Made by a program: the position numbers and the translations under genes. Under the pieces are notes generated by a model. It was not told the origin of the DNA. It was given only the letters and a program-made list of their open reading frames with translations, and searched no databases. From IMG/VR virus record IMGVR_UViG_3300045988_138147: a stretch of 64,000 bases of DNA. One strand, given 5' to 3'. This document shows, piece after piece, positions 15,509 through 26,388 of the stretch. Source of the DNA: a virus. Numbering within the stretch: the first letter of the stretch is position 1; each line of letters starts with the position of its first letter.

Positions 15509-18500
15509 TCACTTCTTTACTTTTAAAGTCCCGTTTGTCACGACTCCTTCTACTGTCTCATATTCCACATATACCTGACCTGACGAAACATCATCTTTCC
15601 CCGGCCAATTACTGCAATCAATATTGGCCACATGCTTATACACATTCACCCCGTTGTATATCGGTTTCATCCCGACCAGCAGCATTTCGCCGTTGGAACC
15701 ATAAAAGGATACGTTATTGGGATTAAGAATAATATCCGTATTTTCTACATAATTCTGTATTCTGATACGTTCCGGATATACAGTCGTTTCTTGTATCAAT
15801 TGGTCTCCTACATATTTCCGTAGAATCAAATCACCATACTCCCATCCGTCTGATGATGTGTCGAACCTTAATATCAAGGTGGCATGTCCTTCAGTCGTGT
15901 ACATTTCAAGAGTGTTTTTATCCGGATCAATGACAATGCGTTTCCCGTCAACAGATGTTTCTACTTTTCCGCGGAAAAATCCGCCCAAGGCTTCAACCAC
16001 ACCTCTGAACTTACCACCCAAGGCATAAATATAGCCACGAAGGAACGTATCGCCACCATGAGTGGCAACAAAGTTCGCCATATTCGCCCATTCCGTATCT
16101 GTGGGCTGGTAATCGGGGTCATTACGAAACTTCATTACGGTTAATATAGCCTGTTGAAGCGTGCCACCTGCCCAAAATGCCACATCATCATCATCATTGT
16201 ATATGCCGCTAACTCCGGCTGTGACCTTCTGCATCTTACCATCCTTGTAGTTGCCTAGTTGGATCATATTGGCAAGAATCAGACCACCAAGAATATCCAC
16301 AGAACCATCCTTGATCGCGCTGGCGATATAATTGATTGACTGAAAACCGGCTGTTGCCTTGTCGTTATCCAAAATGGACGGTTTCCAGTCTGTAGCGATG
16401 GTCCCTCTTTCTAACTGAAGGTCACAAACGGTTGCGGTACCACTGATGAGAAATATACCACTGCCATTGAAGGTAATCTTATGGGTATATCTTTGATAAG
16501 AGGATGTGAGAGGCTGAGTTGTGCTGAAATCACCGCACGAAACAGACACAGACGTACCTTTTGCTTTATAACTGATAACATAACTTTCCCCTTTGATTAA
16601 TGATACGGACTGGGACAAACTACCGATTGCAGCAGAGTACCCGGAGCCGGCATCACTGTCCGCAGATACGGTAGCCACTCCCGTCCAATATTCCAGTTGC
16701 TTGCTAAAAAGTTCGGTATCCGCCGATAGCTCGGTAGCGGCAGACAGGTCCTCTGTCTCATAATCTCCGGTAAACCCGGAATTGCGCAACAGATTGACAC
16801 TTCCGACAGCCGCATTGTCTATCGCATCCTTGGCCTCTTGGGCAAGATCTGCGGCCGCCTGTATCTCATCCGGCAAGCCTTCCATGTTACGCCATCCGGT
16901 GGAACCCTGCTCGATATGAAACATACCCTTGATATCCACACCTTTATCCTGAGTGTATTCCATGTAAGTGGTCCGGTCCTTGTCGCCAATGTACGTATCT
17001 CCGTACACCTTCATCCGGGCCTTGCCGGTAGATTTGTCAAAATCAAAAGAAATGACATCTTTCCCGGTCAAGGTAAAATCATTAATACCCTGATACATGA
17101 TGATGGACGGAGAAACTTCGTTCACCGAAGAGAGAATTATCGCCGCCTGTCGGGTGATATCGGTCTTATGGCCTAATCCCACGATATCATCACCTGCCAC
17201 CGGAACATCGTTCTCGACATTAGGATCACATACGGTCTTGGACAAGTCTATATAGTTCTCACCTACTGCTGTGACCAACCGCCAATAATAGCGGTTGCCG
17301 ACATGATGAGAAACGCCTGTCTTGATATTGCACTCCTGAGCTATGGCAAGAGATCCCGGAGTAAACTGGTTCTCTATCTCAATTCCGTCTTCCTCTTCCT
17401 TGAAATAACAACGGTAGACATCATCCAACTCATCCACACGGTTGCATTTCATGCCTGCATGGGAAATCACCTGCTCGCCACCTACATACGTCTTCTTCTT
17501 TACTTCAAGCTCGTCAAAAACGGCTTTGACCTTGACATACAGATAATCAACAACAGCCTGTGACATACCGTTCTCAAGTACAGTAATTCCACTACCGTTC
17601 TTACCAATCAAAAGACCTTTCAAAAAAGTGATCAGCTCATTAGCTGTGTCGTTATTTATCTTTGAGATAAAATAACGGGATATTCTGCCAAGAATATCTG
17701 ACACGTTGAGAGAGACACCCATCCTCTCACCTATGATATCCCCGGCTATCTCTGTAATCGTACTTCTCAAAGCGGAAACATTGGCGGACAACTTATCTGT
17801 TAGCTCCACGGATATATCATACAGGCAATTTTTATCCGCCTTACAAGTAAATGAGTTCACATACATGAAGTATTCCTTATCATTATACTTTATGTATATA
17901 CGCGAGTTCTCATTCAACAGACCAGCTAACATACTGTTTTCTGCAAGGAAGACACGTGAGAAACTTACGGAAAAAGAGAACTTCTCATCGTTGTTTTCAG
18001 ACATATACTTTATCAACGCCTCATCTAATCTCTTCTCGGCGGCAAGCACAAGAGATTTCGGCATTTTAATACCTGTAATCACAAACTTATCCCCAACAGA
18101 AGGTTTATAGTTATTTGTGGCATTAGGCATAACAACCCCGAAAGTAGTATTGTCCTTTTTTACCGCAATCCAAACCTCATTTGTAGAAGTGTTTTGTTGG
18201 CTTTCTATATATTGGGATGTTTGTGAAGTAACCTTCTGTTCAAAATCTCCTGCTGGTAAGTTCCCGGAAGAATCCACCAATACAGGATTGAATGCCCTTC
18301 CCGGCTCATTGTCCTTATAGGTAACTCCTATTTCAAACTCGCAAGCAGCACAATTACCCGTAGTCATATTGATTACAGCCGTACCACCTTCCAAACCTTG
18401 TTCGAACAGGTTAAAACCGTAATCCCCATTATATATATGTAATTTTATGTAGAAATAAGAATGTACATACTCATCCGTGCCATTGAATATATTATTCCCT

Positions 18501-19528
18501 TCTCCTGTTCCGAGTTCGTCACTATCGTTATCATCAAAAGCAATATCCGCAATCTCACCAAATAACTGTCCCGAAGCGTTTGTTACATTTTCTATGGTAG
18601 GCTTTATATCGCTAAAATCTACCTTTATCTCTTTTACTTTCTTAGAAGAATATGTATTTTTGAAAAAATAGTAATCATTTGTACCGGGTATTTTATACGT
18701 ATCGTTAAGTGCATTGTAGAATCTTTCCGCTCCATTTGTTTGTCTATAAATGGAAGGCATAAGGTTTTGCGTGCGTTCTATAGTACCTTTTTCATCATCA
18801 TTCGGATAGTAGAAAGGTATGTTGTCAGAGCTACCAACACCAGTAACGCGATTGACGGTCTTATAATTGGCGTTTGTCTTTTTTATTGATACAAGCCCTT
18901 TCTTGTACTCGAAAGGAGTAGAAATTACATTCTCTGTATATCCTATGTGACAAACCTTACCTACAAAGTAATAAGGAAGTTCGTATATGGTATATATGGA
19001 CTGTAACGCTTCTGCAAGGTATACGCTGTCAAGAGAAACAAGTTTGCTTTCAGAAGTAATATCTTCATCAATCACTATCGAATATCCGATACCCGATTTT
19101 GCCATTGAAGCGTTAAGGCGACCAACAAACTCGTTTATATCCCCCATGAACTTGACGGAAGTGGAATTGGAGTGATATGTGTCTTCCCCGGCTGTCACCA
19201 CGTCCATGAAATATACGTTTTCCAGCACGATACGTTCTGAAACGAATTGAAGCTCATGCTTGTACATGATACTCTTGTTGTCCTTTGAGGATGTAGGCAC
19301 TTGGTCAATATAATATTTTTCCCCCCTAAACTCAACAAACTCTTCTCCTGTCCATAGTTCGTCTAAGCATGAAGGATAGTTCAGTGTAGCGGTCAGTGTG
19401 GGAGTTCCTGCCATACGTTGTGCCGTATAGGTGTACTCACCTAATTTTGCAGGCATATCAGCATTCGGAAATTTTACTTTACTTCCTTGCGTATCAAGTT
19501 TTAATATGTACAGACTTTCCTTTTCCAT
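15509..19528 (-). CDS. large tail/baseplate-associated structural protein (Tal-like, 1339 aa)
   Basis: Size and position directly after the portal gene; starts 1 nt after the portal stop. Confidence 0.6.
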   Translation of the reverse strand: MEKESLYILKLDTQGSKVKFPNADMPAKLGEYTYTAQRMAGTPTLTATLNYPSCLDELWTGEEFVEFRGEKYYIDQVPTSSKDNKSIMYKHELQFVSERIVLENVYFMDVVTAGEDTYHSNSTSVKFMGDINEFVGRLNASMAKSGIGYSIVIDEDITSESKLVSLDSVYLAEALQSIYTIYELPYYFVGKVCHIGYTENVISTPFEYKKGLVSIKKTNANYKTVNRVTGVGSSDNIPFYYPNDDEKGTIERTQNLMPSIYRQTNGAERFYNALNDTYKIPGTNDYYFFKNTYSSKKVKEIKVDFSDIKPTIENVTNASGQLFGEIADIAFDDNDSDELGTGEGNNIFNGTDEYVHSYFYIKLHIYNGDYGFNLFEQGLEGGTAVINMTTGNCAACEFEIGVTYKDNEPGRAFNPVLVDSSGNLPAGDFEQKVTSQTSQYIESQQNTSTNEVWIAVKKDNTTFGVVMPNATNNYKPSVGDKFVITGIKMPKSLVLAAEKRLDEALIKYMSENNDEKFSFSVSFSRVFLAENSMLAGLLNENSRIYIKYNDKEYFMYVNSFTCKADKNCLYDISVELTDKLSANVSALRSTITEIAGDIIGERMGVSLNVSDILGRISRYFISKINNDTANELITFLKGLLIGKNGSGITVLENGMSQAVVDYLYVKVKAVFDELEVKKKTYVGGEQVISHAGMKCNRVDELDDVYRCYFKEEEDGIEIENQFTPGSLAIAQECNIKTGVSHHVGNRYYWRLVTAVGENYIDLSKTVCDPNVENDVPVAGDDIVGLGHKTDITRQAAIILSSVNEVSPSIIMYQGINDFTLTGKDVISFDFDKSTGKARMKVYGDTYIGDKDRTTYMEYTQDKGVDIKGMFHIEQGSTGWRNMEGLPDEIQAAADLAQEAKDAIDNAAVGSVNLLRNSGFTGDYETEDLSAATELSADTELFSKQLEYWTGVATVSADSDAGSGYSAAIGSLSQSVSLIKGESYVISYKAKGTSVSVSCGDFSTTQPLTSSYQRYTHKITFNGSGIFLISGTATVCDLQLERGTIATDWKPSILDNDKATAGFQSINYIASAIKDGSVDILGGLILANMIQLGNYKDGKMQKVTAGVSGIYNDDDDVAFWAGGTLQQAILTVMKFRNDPDYQPTDTEWANMANFVATHGGDTFLRGYIYALGGKFRGVVEALGGFFRGKVETSVDGKRIVIDPDKNTLEMYTTEGHATLILRFDTSSDGWEYGDLILRKYVGDQLIQETTVYPERIRIQNYVENTDIILNPNNVSFYGSNGEMLLVGMKPIYNGVNVYKHVANIDCSNWPGKDDVSSGQVYVEYETVEGVVTNGTLKVKK

Positions 19529-21052
19529 TTATTCTTTTACCACATCAATTTGTTCCGTAACTCCTTTGTCCTTTTTTTGCTGTTTCTCCAACAGCTTTTG
19601 AGCCTCTTCCTTCTCCTTTGCTATACGTTGTTCTTCATCGGGAACGGATTCGGTGTTTTTCTCAATGGCTGTTTTTGTGGAAAGAATGCCGGCTTGCTTC
19701 ATTGAGATAAGTATGTTATTATACTCCGTTGCGCTGAACGGTTGCCATATTTTGAACTTACAGCTAACACGAAGTTTTTTAAACTCGGTGACGGCATTAA
19801 GATTTTCACCTTTGTTTACAAGCTCTTTGGCAAGCCCTTCCTTGAACAGACGCATCATCTTGTCGGCGAAATTCTGCCACTCGATAACACCCTGTTGGGC
19901 GTTCTTCAAGTCCAAGTCACGGGTAAGCGTGATAGCCAGTGCGCTTATGTCACCGCTCGACTTGACATCCTTCGGTAAAAGGAAAGTGCAGGAAGTGTTT
20001 ATCTGTATCTTCTCGAACAGGTCTTGCAGACTGTCAAGCATTCCTTGCGGACTGGGGGGTGCTTTAAACTCTGCACTTCCGTTCCCGTCCATTGACTTGT
20101 CCTGCAAAATGATACTTCCGGCAAGTTTCTTGGTTGTCTCGGATATATTTCCTTTGATATACAGTATTCCCCAGCCATGCCTTTTCTGAATGACAAAGAA
20201 GATGTTATAGATAATCTCGTAAATCTCAATAAGGCTTTGACCGTTGTTCCACGCCACATCACCACGTTTGGTGCACAATGGTATCTCGCTGAAACCGTGC
20301 TCAATCGGAGTTTCCCTTACAAAACCGTCCTCTGCGGCTTCTTCACCGTCTCTTGGCGTGTGCATACGGTACATGTAGGTATCATCGTAGCTGTCAATAT
20401 ATTCCACACCGTTTTCATCGGCATAGTAGACGCTTTCAAGAAGCCTGTCGCCGTTGTTGTCATTGTGCGATATGATAACGTAACCATCCTCATAGCTTAT
20501 CAGACGGCATTTGATACGTCCCTTATAGTCATAATAGAACAGAAGTCCGGCATCGCCTGTGGCAAGCTGCGAACGGACTGCCTTTGTACGCCATCCATCC
20601 ATATTCCTGTCTACCCAATACTCCTTGATTGTGGAATAGTTGGCTTTATCTTTCTCGGAAGGAGTGCCACCTCTCAAAGACAATGTACAGGGATTTCCGC
20701 AAAGGTAGATTACGTGGCTCGCCAGTATCTGTTCTTGGAAAGCTAATGCCGTGCGCTGGAACTTGATTTCCTGATATCCCCCATCTTCTAACTTGACGCA
20801 AATGCTCGGCAAGTTTTGATCAAATAATACCTCATGGCTCATCGGGTCAAGCTCTTTCAGAAACTTTTCCTGCGAAACGATATTCTTTTTTACATTCGGA
20901 AGCCTTGCCGTGCGTGTTTCGGTAATGGTTGCGGACTGACTGTCGGAATAGTCGTTTGTAGAGCAAGTGTCACTTCCTCTGAAAAACGGTTTCTTCTGCA
21001 ACAAGGCATTTACGTTCCGCAATAGATATGTTTTTTTCTCTTCCCGTGTCAT
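19529..21052 (-). CDS. portal protein
   Basis: 507 aa, two genes downstream of the large terminase; acidic/coiled C-terminus. Confidence 0.7.
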   Translation of the reverse strand: MTREEKKTYLLRNVNALLQKKPFFRGSDTCSTNDYSDSQSATITETRTARLPNVKKNIVSQEKFLKELDPMSHEVLFDQNLPSICVKLEDGGYQEIKFQRTALAFQEQILASHVIYLCGNPCTLSLRGGTPSEKDKANYSTIKEYWVDRNMDGWRTKAVRSQLATGDAGLLFYYDYKGRIKCRLISYEDGYVIISHNDNNGDRLLESVYYADENGVEYIDSYDDTYMYRMHTPRDGEEAAEDGFVRETPIEHGFSEIPLCTKRGDVAWNNGQSLIEIYEIIYNIFFVIQKRHGWGILYIKGNISETTKKLAGSIILQDKSMDGNGSAEFKAPPSPQGMLDSLQDLFEKIQINTSCTFLLPKDVKSSGDISALAITLTRDLDLKNAQQGVIEWQNFADKMMRLFKEGLAKELVNKGENLNAVTEFKKLRVSCKFKIWQPFSATEYNNILISMKQAGILSTKTAIEKNTESVPDEEQRIAKEKEEAQKLLEKQQKKDKGVTEQIDVVKE

Positions 21053-21573
21053 TTTTCCGCATCAATTAGGTTGTAATACTTCATACAGGCTTCCTTGCTC
21101 GGCATTGCAGAACACTCTCTCGAAGTCCATTTGCAGATAATGTCGTGCTTCTGCGGAACAACGATTATTCGCTTCTGCCCCTCTTCCTCTTCAATATTGA
21201 ATTTATCGTTCAGCTTCACGCGTGCATCCAACACGACCTTACTTGCTTTGATAAAAGTGTCTGAATCTCCACTTGTTTTCGCATCGTCAGCAATCTGTTT
21301 CATCTCCGATATTTCTTTCAGCAATGCTTCTCGGTTCTCATCTTTAGATATGGTAGTGATAGCACCGATGCCGAAAGGTTTCAGTTTCTCGGCAAGCATG
21401 GATAACACCTTGTTTGAAGGCTTTTCATCTTCTTGGTAAGCAACCTTTGCAGCAAGAGCCTTATCTACGAAAGAATCACACATTACCAAATAGGCAACAT
21501 CTCTTACCCTTGCTTCAATTCCTTCTGTTTTAAGGGAATTGAGAATATCCTTTATGTCGTTATAGCTTATCAT
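21049..21573 (-). CDS. hypothetical packaging-module protein
   Basis: 174-aa ORF between terminase and portal, 4-nt overlap with the portal start. Confidence 0.45.
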   Translation of the reverse strand: MISYNDIKDILNSLKTEGIEARVRDVAYLVMCDSFVDKALAAKVAYQEDEKPSNKVLSMLAEKLKPFGIGAITTISKDENREALLKEISEMKQIADDAKTSGDSDTFIKASKVVLDARVKLNDKFNIEEEEGQKRIIVVPQKHDIICKWTSRECSAMPSKEACMKYYNLIDAEK

Positions 21574-21576
21574 GTC

Positions 21577-23208
21577 CTAATACCATAAATGTTCATCGTA
21601 AATACTTCCTTCTGTCTGTGCATGGAACGCTTGTTTGGTTTCTTCTTCGTGATTGTAATACCCTGCTTGAATCTCATTCCCGTATTCAATGTTAGCGCAC
21701 GGAAGCATTCTCATAGCGCATGGGTCTAACAAGTCCATCGATCTGCCTTTCCCCAACATCTGATTCATTTTCTTCTTGTTCCAAAGCCGTTTCTTTCCGC
21801 TCTGCATATCATCAAACCGTACAACAGAGCATTCTTCCATAAACTCGTTCTCAACCGTCACTTTGTATTTCAGGTTCTGGTGAGTGTATGTCTGTACGGC
21901 AAGTTTATCGTCAAAGGTTAGATTACCTTCCTCGATCATCTTGCATAATCTGATATAGCACATATCCTTTACTGTCATTGCGGTAAGTTGGTAAAGCCCG
22001 AAAGCTTTATTTAGTGAGATATAAGGTACTGCATCGGGAATGTAATCATTAAAATACCGTCCGGCAGTCGCGTCAAAAATGATATGGCTTTCAGCTGTTC
22101 CATGCTCAAATGCAAATGTCTTCACTGCCATAGCGTTTTCTCTCGGAGTGGACTTGCTAAGAATGAGAATGTCGTATGCGTGAAATCCATCCCATGCAAG
22201 TGCAACAAGGTTGTCTGTACCATAATCCGCCAAATCCACGGTAATCCATTTGTCACCGTTCACGGCTGGGTTGTTGTTGAATACGCCTTGCGCGGAAGTG
22301 GATGGAATAGGTATCTTTTCGTTTTCTTCGGGGTCAACGTTGAAGTTTCCCTCAATGATAGCTTGTGCCATTTTACCGCCCGAAGCGGCAACAGAGCCTA
22401 TGTAATTAGGATTATTTTCAAGCATAGCCCTATTTTCAGATAGCTTACCTTGATAGAATACGAATGACTTAATCATATTCGTATAGTCAAAATCACCTCC
22501 AATACGGGCAAGTTTTCTATCAATATCTATCTTACACTTAGCATAAACTTCTTCTTTGGAATCACCCCAAACCACATCATCAACAGTAGAACCGTTAACA
22601 TAGAAGTATCTCACTTTCCCGTTTCTATCCGACATAATAGAACCGTCAACCCCAATGTACCAATCCAAGAACTTTCTCGTCCAATGGCTACGTTTCGGGT
22701 TAAGGGTACCAAAGAACTTTCCCGTAAACGTCTTTGAACGTCCACGGTTACGGGTCTGCACATAGCTGAATGCTTCCCAAGACATTTCGGTAATCTCATC
22801 AATACATATCGCATCAATCTGTTTACCTTTCCATTGCTCACGCATTTTGTCAAGATTAGTATCATCTATATAGGTCAAGTCGCAATACGCACCACTTGGG
22901 AATGATACGCGAGGACTATCGGCAGTCTTTACAGAACAATAGTCACCGAATATAGCCTTGAATGTATCTACGAATGAACCTCCCGTCTTTTGCGACTGCA
23001 AAGACCTACGTGTAATAACCGCACGGAAATCCCCATCTGTCATTAATGGCTCTGCAAGAGCGAGAACAAGAGCAAAAGATTTTCCACCGCCAAGATTCCC
23101 ACCACCAAACACTACGTCCACACATGATGACACAAACTGCATTTGGAATCCTTCTTGCGGCTTGATTACGACTTCTCTATGTACTTCTTGTTCTTTCATC
23201 AAAAGCAA
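21577..23208 (-). CDS. terL: terminase large subunit
   Basis: Walker A GGGNLGGGKS, Walker B-like AICIDEITE, ~540 aa. Confidence 0.9.
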   Translation of the reverse strand: MLLMKEQEVHREVVIKPQEGFQMQFVSSCVDVVFGGGNLGGGKSFALVLALAEPLMTDGDFRAVITRRSLQSQKTGGSFVDTFKAIFGDYCSVKTADSPRVSFPSGAYCDLTYIDDTNLDKMREQWKGKQIDAICIDEITEMSWEAFSYVQTRNRGRSKTFTGKFFGTLNPKRSHWTRKFLDWYIGVDGSIMSDRNGKVRYFYVNGSTVDDVVWGDSKEEVYAKCKIDIDRKLARIGGDFDYTNMIKSFVFYQGKLSENRAMLENNPNYIGSVAASGGKMAQAIIEGNFNVDPEENEKIPIPSTSAQGVFNNNPAVNGDKWITVDLADYGTDNLVALAWDGFHAYDILILSKSTPRENAMAVKTFAFEHGTAESHIIFDATAGRYFNDYIPDAVPYISLNKAFGLYQLTAMTVKDMCYIRLCKMIEEGNLTFDDKLAVQTYTHQNLKYKVTVENEFMEECSVVRFDDMQSGKKRLWNKKKMNQMLGKGRSMDLLDPCAMRMLPCANIEYGNEIQAGYYNHEEETKQAFHAQTEGSIYDEHLWY

Positions 23209-23252
23209 AAATACCTCTTAATAATAAGGTAATATATACTTAAACCAATGTC

Positions 23253-23273
23253 TATTTATCATAGTGATAAATA
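23253..23273. promoter_or_regulatory. palindromic operator candidate in the divergent late-gene control region
   Basis: TATTTATCA-TAG-TGATAAATA (9-bp arms); the 17-mer TATCATAGTGATAAATA recurs exactly at 48983-48999. Confidence 0.55.
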
Positions 23274-23348
23274 CAGTGATTTTTTTATAGTTATACCTTT
23301 TTATTAAAGCATTACTTTCGCATATAATCATTATAAAACATATAGTGT

Positions 23349-24005
23349 ATGAAGTTTACGAAAGAGCAATTTTCAGAAGCACTGAAAGTGAAACTCACCA
23401 ACAACGGCAAGAAAAACTTAGCTATGAGTGAGAGAAGTTTCAACGGCAAAGTAGAAAGAATCTACAAGCGGTTGGAGAAAGCGAGTGATAAGGACGAGTT
23501 GGAACTGGATGATGTTGTTGCCGACTACTTGGATGACTTACAAGAGGACGATAACAACATACGAAATGACAACTCAAAATTTATAAAAGAGTGGGAAAAG
23601 AATCATCCGAACAAGGACGATAGAAGTGATAACAAGGATGACAAAGGAGACGAAAGCAAACTGGATAAGTTGCTCAAAGAACTCCAAGATTTGAAATCAG
23701 AGCGTGAGGAAGAGAAAAAGGTAAAAGCTATCTCAGACAAACGCAATCAACTCAAATTAGCCTTAAAAGGGAAAGAAGTCAAGAACGAGGATTGGATTAA
23801 CGACCAACTCGAATTGATTCACATTGATTCTGAAACAGATGTTGATGCTCTCACAGAAAGACTGCTCAAGAGCTACAATAAGTTTAATGCTAACACTCCA
23901 CCTGACATCACTCCAGGAGGCACGGGAAGCGGTAAGGAAAAGACCGATGACTTTGCCGATGTGGTTGCTGTCGTAAAGAAGCAATCGCACAGAGAAGAAA
24001 AGTAA
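23349..24005 (+). CDS. scaffolding-like protein
   Basis: Highly charged K/E/D-rich 218 aa, immediately upstream of the capsid genes. Confidence 0.55.
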   Translation: MKFTKEQFSEALKVKLTNNGKKNLAMSERSFNGKVERIYKRLEKASDKDELELDDVVADYLDDLQEDDNNIRNDNSKFIKEWEKNHPNKDDRSDNKDDKGDESKLDKLLKELQDLKSEREEEKKVKAISDKRNQLKLALKGKEVKNEDWINDQLELIHIDSETDVDALTERLLKSYNKFNANTPPDITPGGTGSGKEKTDDFADVVAVVKKQSHREEK

Positions 24006-24028
24006 TAATAATTTAAACCAAAAAGAAA

Positions 24029-24781
24029 ATGTCAGATTTTTATCAGCAAATTCTATTGAACAGTGGCTACCTTCCCGGTAGAGCATTGGTTCAGGCTCGC
24101 GGAAGCATTGGTGGACACCGCTATGTATTCGTGAAGTTACAGATGAGCGGAAAGGACGCACTTGTATTTCCTACCAGTGGTGGAATTGTTAAAAACCCAT
24201 TCAAAGGTAATGCAAGAGCTTTTGCCGGAACGCTCGCTGAATATATTCCCAGTAATGGTTCTAATGGAAGCGAAATACGTATCCTAAAATCGTATGCGGT
24301 TGCAAAAGCTACAACTGAATCTACAGACACAGATATTTACCTGAAAAGAGACGGATATTCTCTTATCCCATTCGTAGGAGATATCCTCATGGTAGCACCT
24401 TCTACATTGACAGGAAAAGGCACAGCGGTAACAATTACAGCCGTTGAAAAAGCGACTGACGGAACGGCTGGCGATGTTTGGAAAGTTACATTGAGCGCAA
24501 CCCTCGGATCATTAACAACTTCATCTGTCCTTGTTGAAGCGAAAGAAACAGGCTCTGGTAAAGAAGCGATGGTTACTAATCCTAACTCATACCTTCCCTG
24601 CGACTTTGATTTTGTTTTTGACCCAGCTACATCCGAAGATGATTTCGATGGTGCAAGATACCTTATCACTCCTGCATTGGCATTAGGAGATGTATTCCTC
24701 TACGAAGACCGTATGCAACCTCTTTCGGCTGCATTAAAAGCTTTGAACAAGAGCAAGGTTAAGGGTTGGTTTAACATTTAA
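24029..24781 (+). CDS. head structural protein (decoration or second capsid component)
   Basis: 250-aa ORF between the scaffold-like and capsid-like genes. Confidence 0.45.
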   Translation: MSDFYQQILLNSGYLPGRALVQARGSIGGHRYVFVKLQMSGKDALVFPTSGGIVKNPFKGNARAFAGTLAEYIPSNGSNGSEIRILKSYAVAKATTESTDTDIYLKRDGYSLIPFVGDILMVAPSTLTGKGTAVTITAVEKATDGTAGDVWKVTLSATLGSLTTSSVLVEAKETGSGKEAMVTNPNSYLPCDFDFVFDPATSEDDFDGARYLITPALALGDVFLYEDRMQPLSAALKALNKSKVKGWFNI

Positions 24782-24794
24782 AATTGACGAGACT

Positions 24795-25973
24795 ATGCCT
24801 AAATTTGATTTTAATAACAGCAGATATGCAAGATTTTTTTCTGACAAGACCAATCAACGTTTCTTGCAATCCTTTGTCAATACAGAAGGTCTGCTATACA
24901 CTAATTATGGTTGGTACAAGACTCAAGGTGTAAAAGCTGGTGCTCCCACACCTACCGCCCCTAATGGCATCGCTACTTTTTCTGTGAAAGGACGTGACTT
25001 GAAAGCCGCTCCTTTGATGGATTTGCGTGCACCTCTTGGTGACAGTAATCAAATGGATAAGGACGGTCTGTACTGGTACACCGCATCCATTCCTGATTTT
25101 ATCGCTCCCGGTTTCGTTGAAACAGCTATGGAACGTGAAGCAAAAGAACAACAGTTTGAGTTGTTTGGAAACGATGCCGATTTGGTAGCCGCTTGGGTAC
25201 ATACATTACAGTCCCAGCTTGATAGTGCGGACACAACCATGAACTTCATGACTGCACAGTTAATGTCTAAAGGTAATATCGACTACCGCAATATCGCACG
25301 TGGTATTCAAATTCCGTTGCACAAAGCAGACATTCCGGATGAAAATTTCACTAAAGCAGGAACTAAGGTGTGGACTGACGCTGAATGCAAGATTCTGAGC
25401 CAAATGGCGGAAAAGGAGAAAAAATATCGTGAAAGATGGGGATATGAAGGTGCAATGGAATGGCAGGTTACACGCAAGATGTTTTACGAAGTAATGTTGC
25501 AAAATGCCGAAGTTAAGGAATTGATTGAAAGTTTCAAGAAAAATCCTTTAGCTTACATCGCAACAACCGCTACTGCGCCTACTACACGTGAGTTGTTCTT
25601 AGCAGCTTTCCGTGATTATCCCAGTGTATCTCCAATTGAAATTGTAGAAGAGCGTGAGCGTAATCTTACCAATACTGGAGACACATTCGTGCAAGGTTGG
25701 GATGATAAGATTGCAGTTCTCCGTCCTGCCGGATATGCTTGTGAGTTTGAATACACCAATAACTTAGACAAACAGATGTTTGACAAGTATGGTTCAAGCG
25801 TAATAACTAAAATTTTTGCTCAGGCTAATGATGGTCTCTGCACGATTGTGAATACAACGACAAACAACGGGCTGTATAAGGAATGGCATACGGATGTGAT
25901 GATGTCGGCTTGTCCTGCACTGAAAACATTCCGCAATCACGTCATTGTAGACACAAGTCAGGCAGACGATTAA
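24795..25973 (+). CDS. major capsid protein (by size and position)
   Basis: 392 aa, follows the scaffold-like gene, precedes the connector genes. Confidence 0.6.
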   Translation: MPKFDFNNSRYARFFSDKTNQRFLQSFVNTEGLLYTNYGWYKTQGVKAGAPTPTAPNGIATFSVKGRDLKAAPLMDLRAPLGDSNQMDKDGLYWYTASIPDFIAPGFVETAMEREAKEQQFELFGNDADLVAAWVHTLQSQLDSADTTMNFMTAQLMSKGNIDYRNIARGIQIPLHKADIPDENFTKAGTKVWTDAECKILSQMAEKEKKYRERWGYEGAMEWQVTRKMFYEVMLQNAEVKELIESFKKNPLAYIATTATAPTTRELFLAAFRDYPSVSPIEIVEERERNLTNTGDTFVQGWDDKIAVLRPAGYACEFEYTNNLDKQMFDKYGSSVITKIFAQANDGLCTIVNTTTNNGLYKEWHTDVMMSACPALKTFRNHVIVDTSQADD

Positions 25974-26001
25974 TGTACAACACATTGCAACAGTAGCAGT
26001 T

Positions 26002-26385
26002 ATGGAAAAATCATTTGACCCGATAGCATACCTCAATGGGCTTACGAGATTTGTCTTTGAAGATGATGCGCTTGAAAATATCGCATACGAAAACGGTTTG
26101 ATGTTTATTTCAGACCGTTCCGAAATAGACGAATGCACTAAAGACCATTGCCTTATCGCACTATATGAGCTTGTCATTAACGGTCCGTGGTCTGTGGCTT
26201 CATCATCACTCCAGCATGGCAGTTATAGACAGGACGTAGGCAGTGAAACGGTAACGGCTCCCATAATCCAAAACTTGAAAGACCGTCTGAAAGCACTGTA
26301 CAAAAAGTATGGTGAAGAAGAAGCGTTGGGAAGCATGGATTCGGGTAGTATGAGTTGGGTCAATGAAAATTCATTAGATGTATAG
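26002..26385 (+). CDS. head-tail connector/adaptor candidate
   Basis: 127-aa ORF in the head-tail joining block. Confidence 0.45.
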   Translation: MEKSFDPIAYLNGLTRFVFEDDALENIAYENGLMFISDRSEIDECTKDHCLIALYELVINGPWSVASSSLQHGSYRQDVGSETVTAPIIQNLKDRLKALYKKYGEEEALGSMDSGSMSWVNENSLDV

Positions 26386-26388
26386 CTT

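Noticed and set aside
20048-20060. CTGGGGGGTG inside the portal gene, GTGGGGGGAAT at 28764-28774 and AAGGGGGGATT at 7186-7196 as extra shufflon sites
   Set aside because: Each has mismatches to the 11-mer core at or next to the conserved ACT/CT ends and lies inside ordinary coding sequence. Recombination there would disrupt essential genes.
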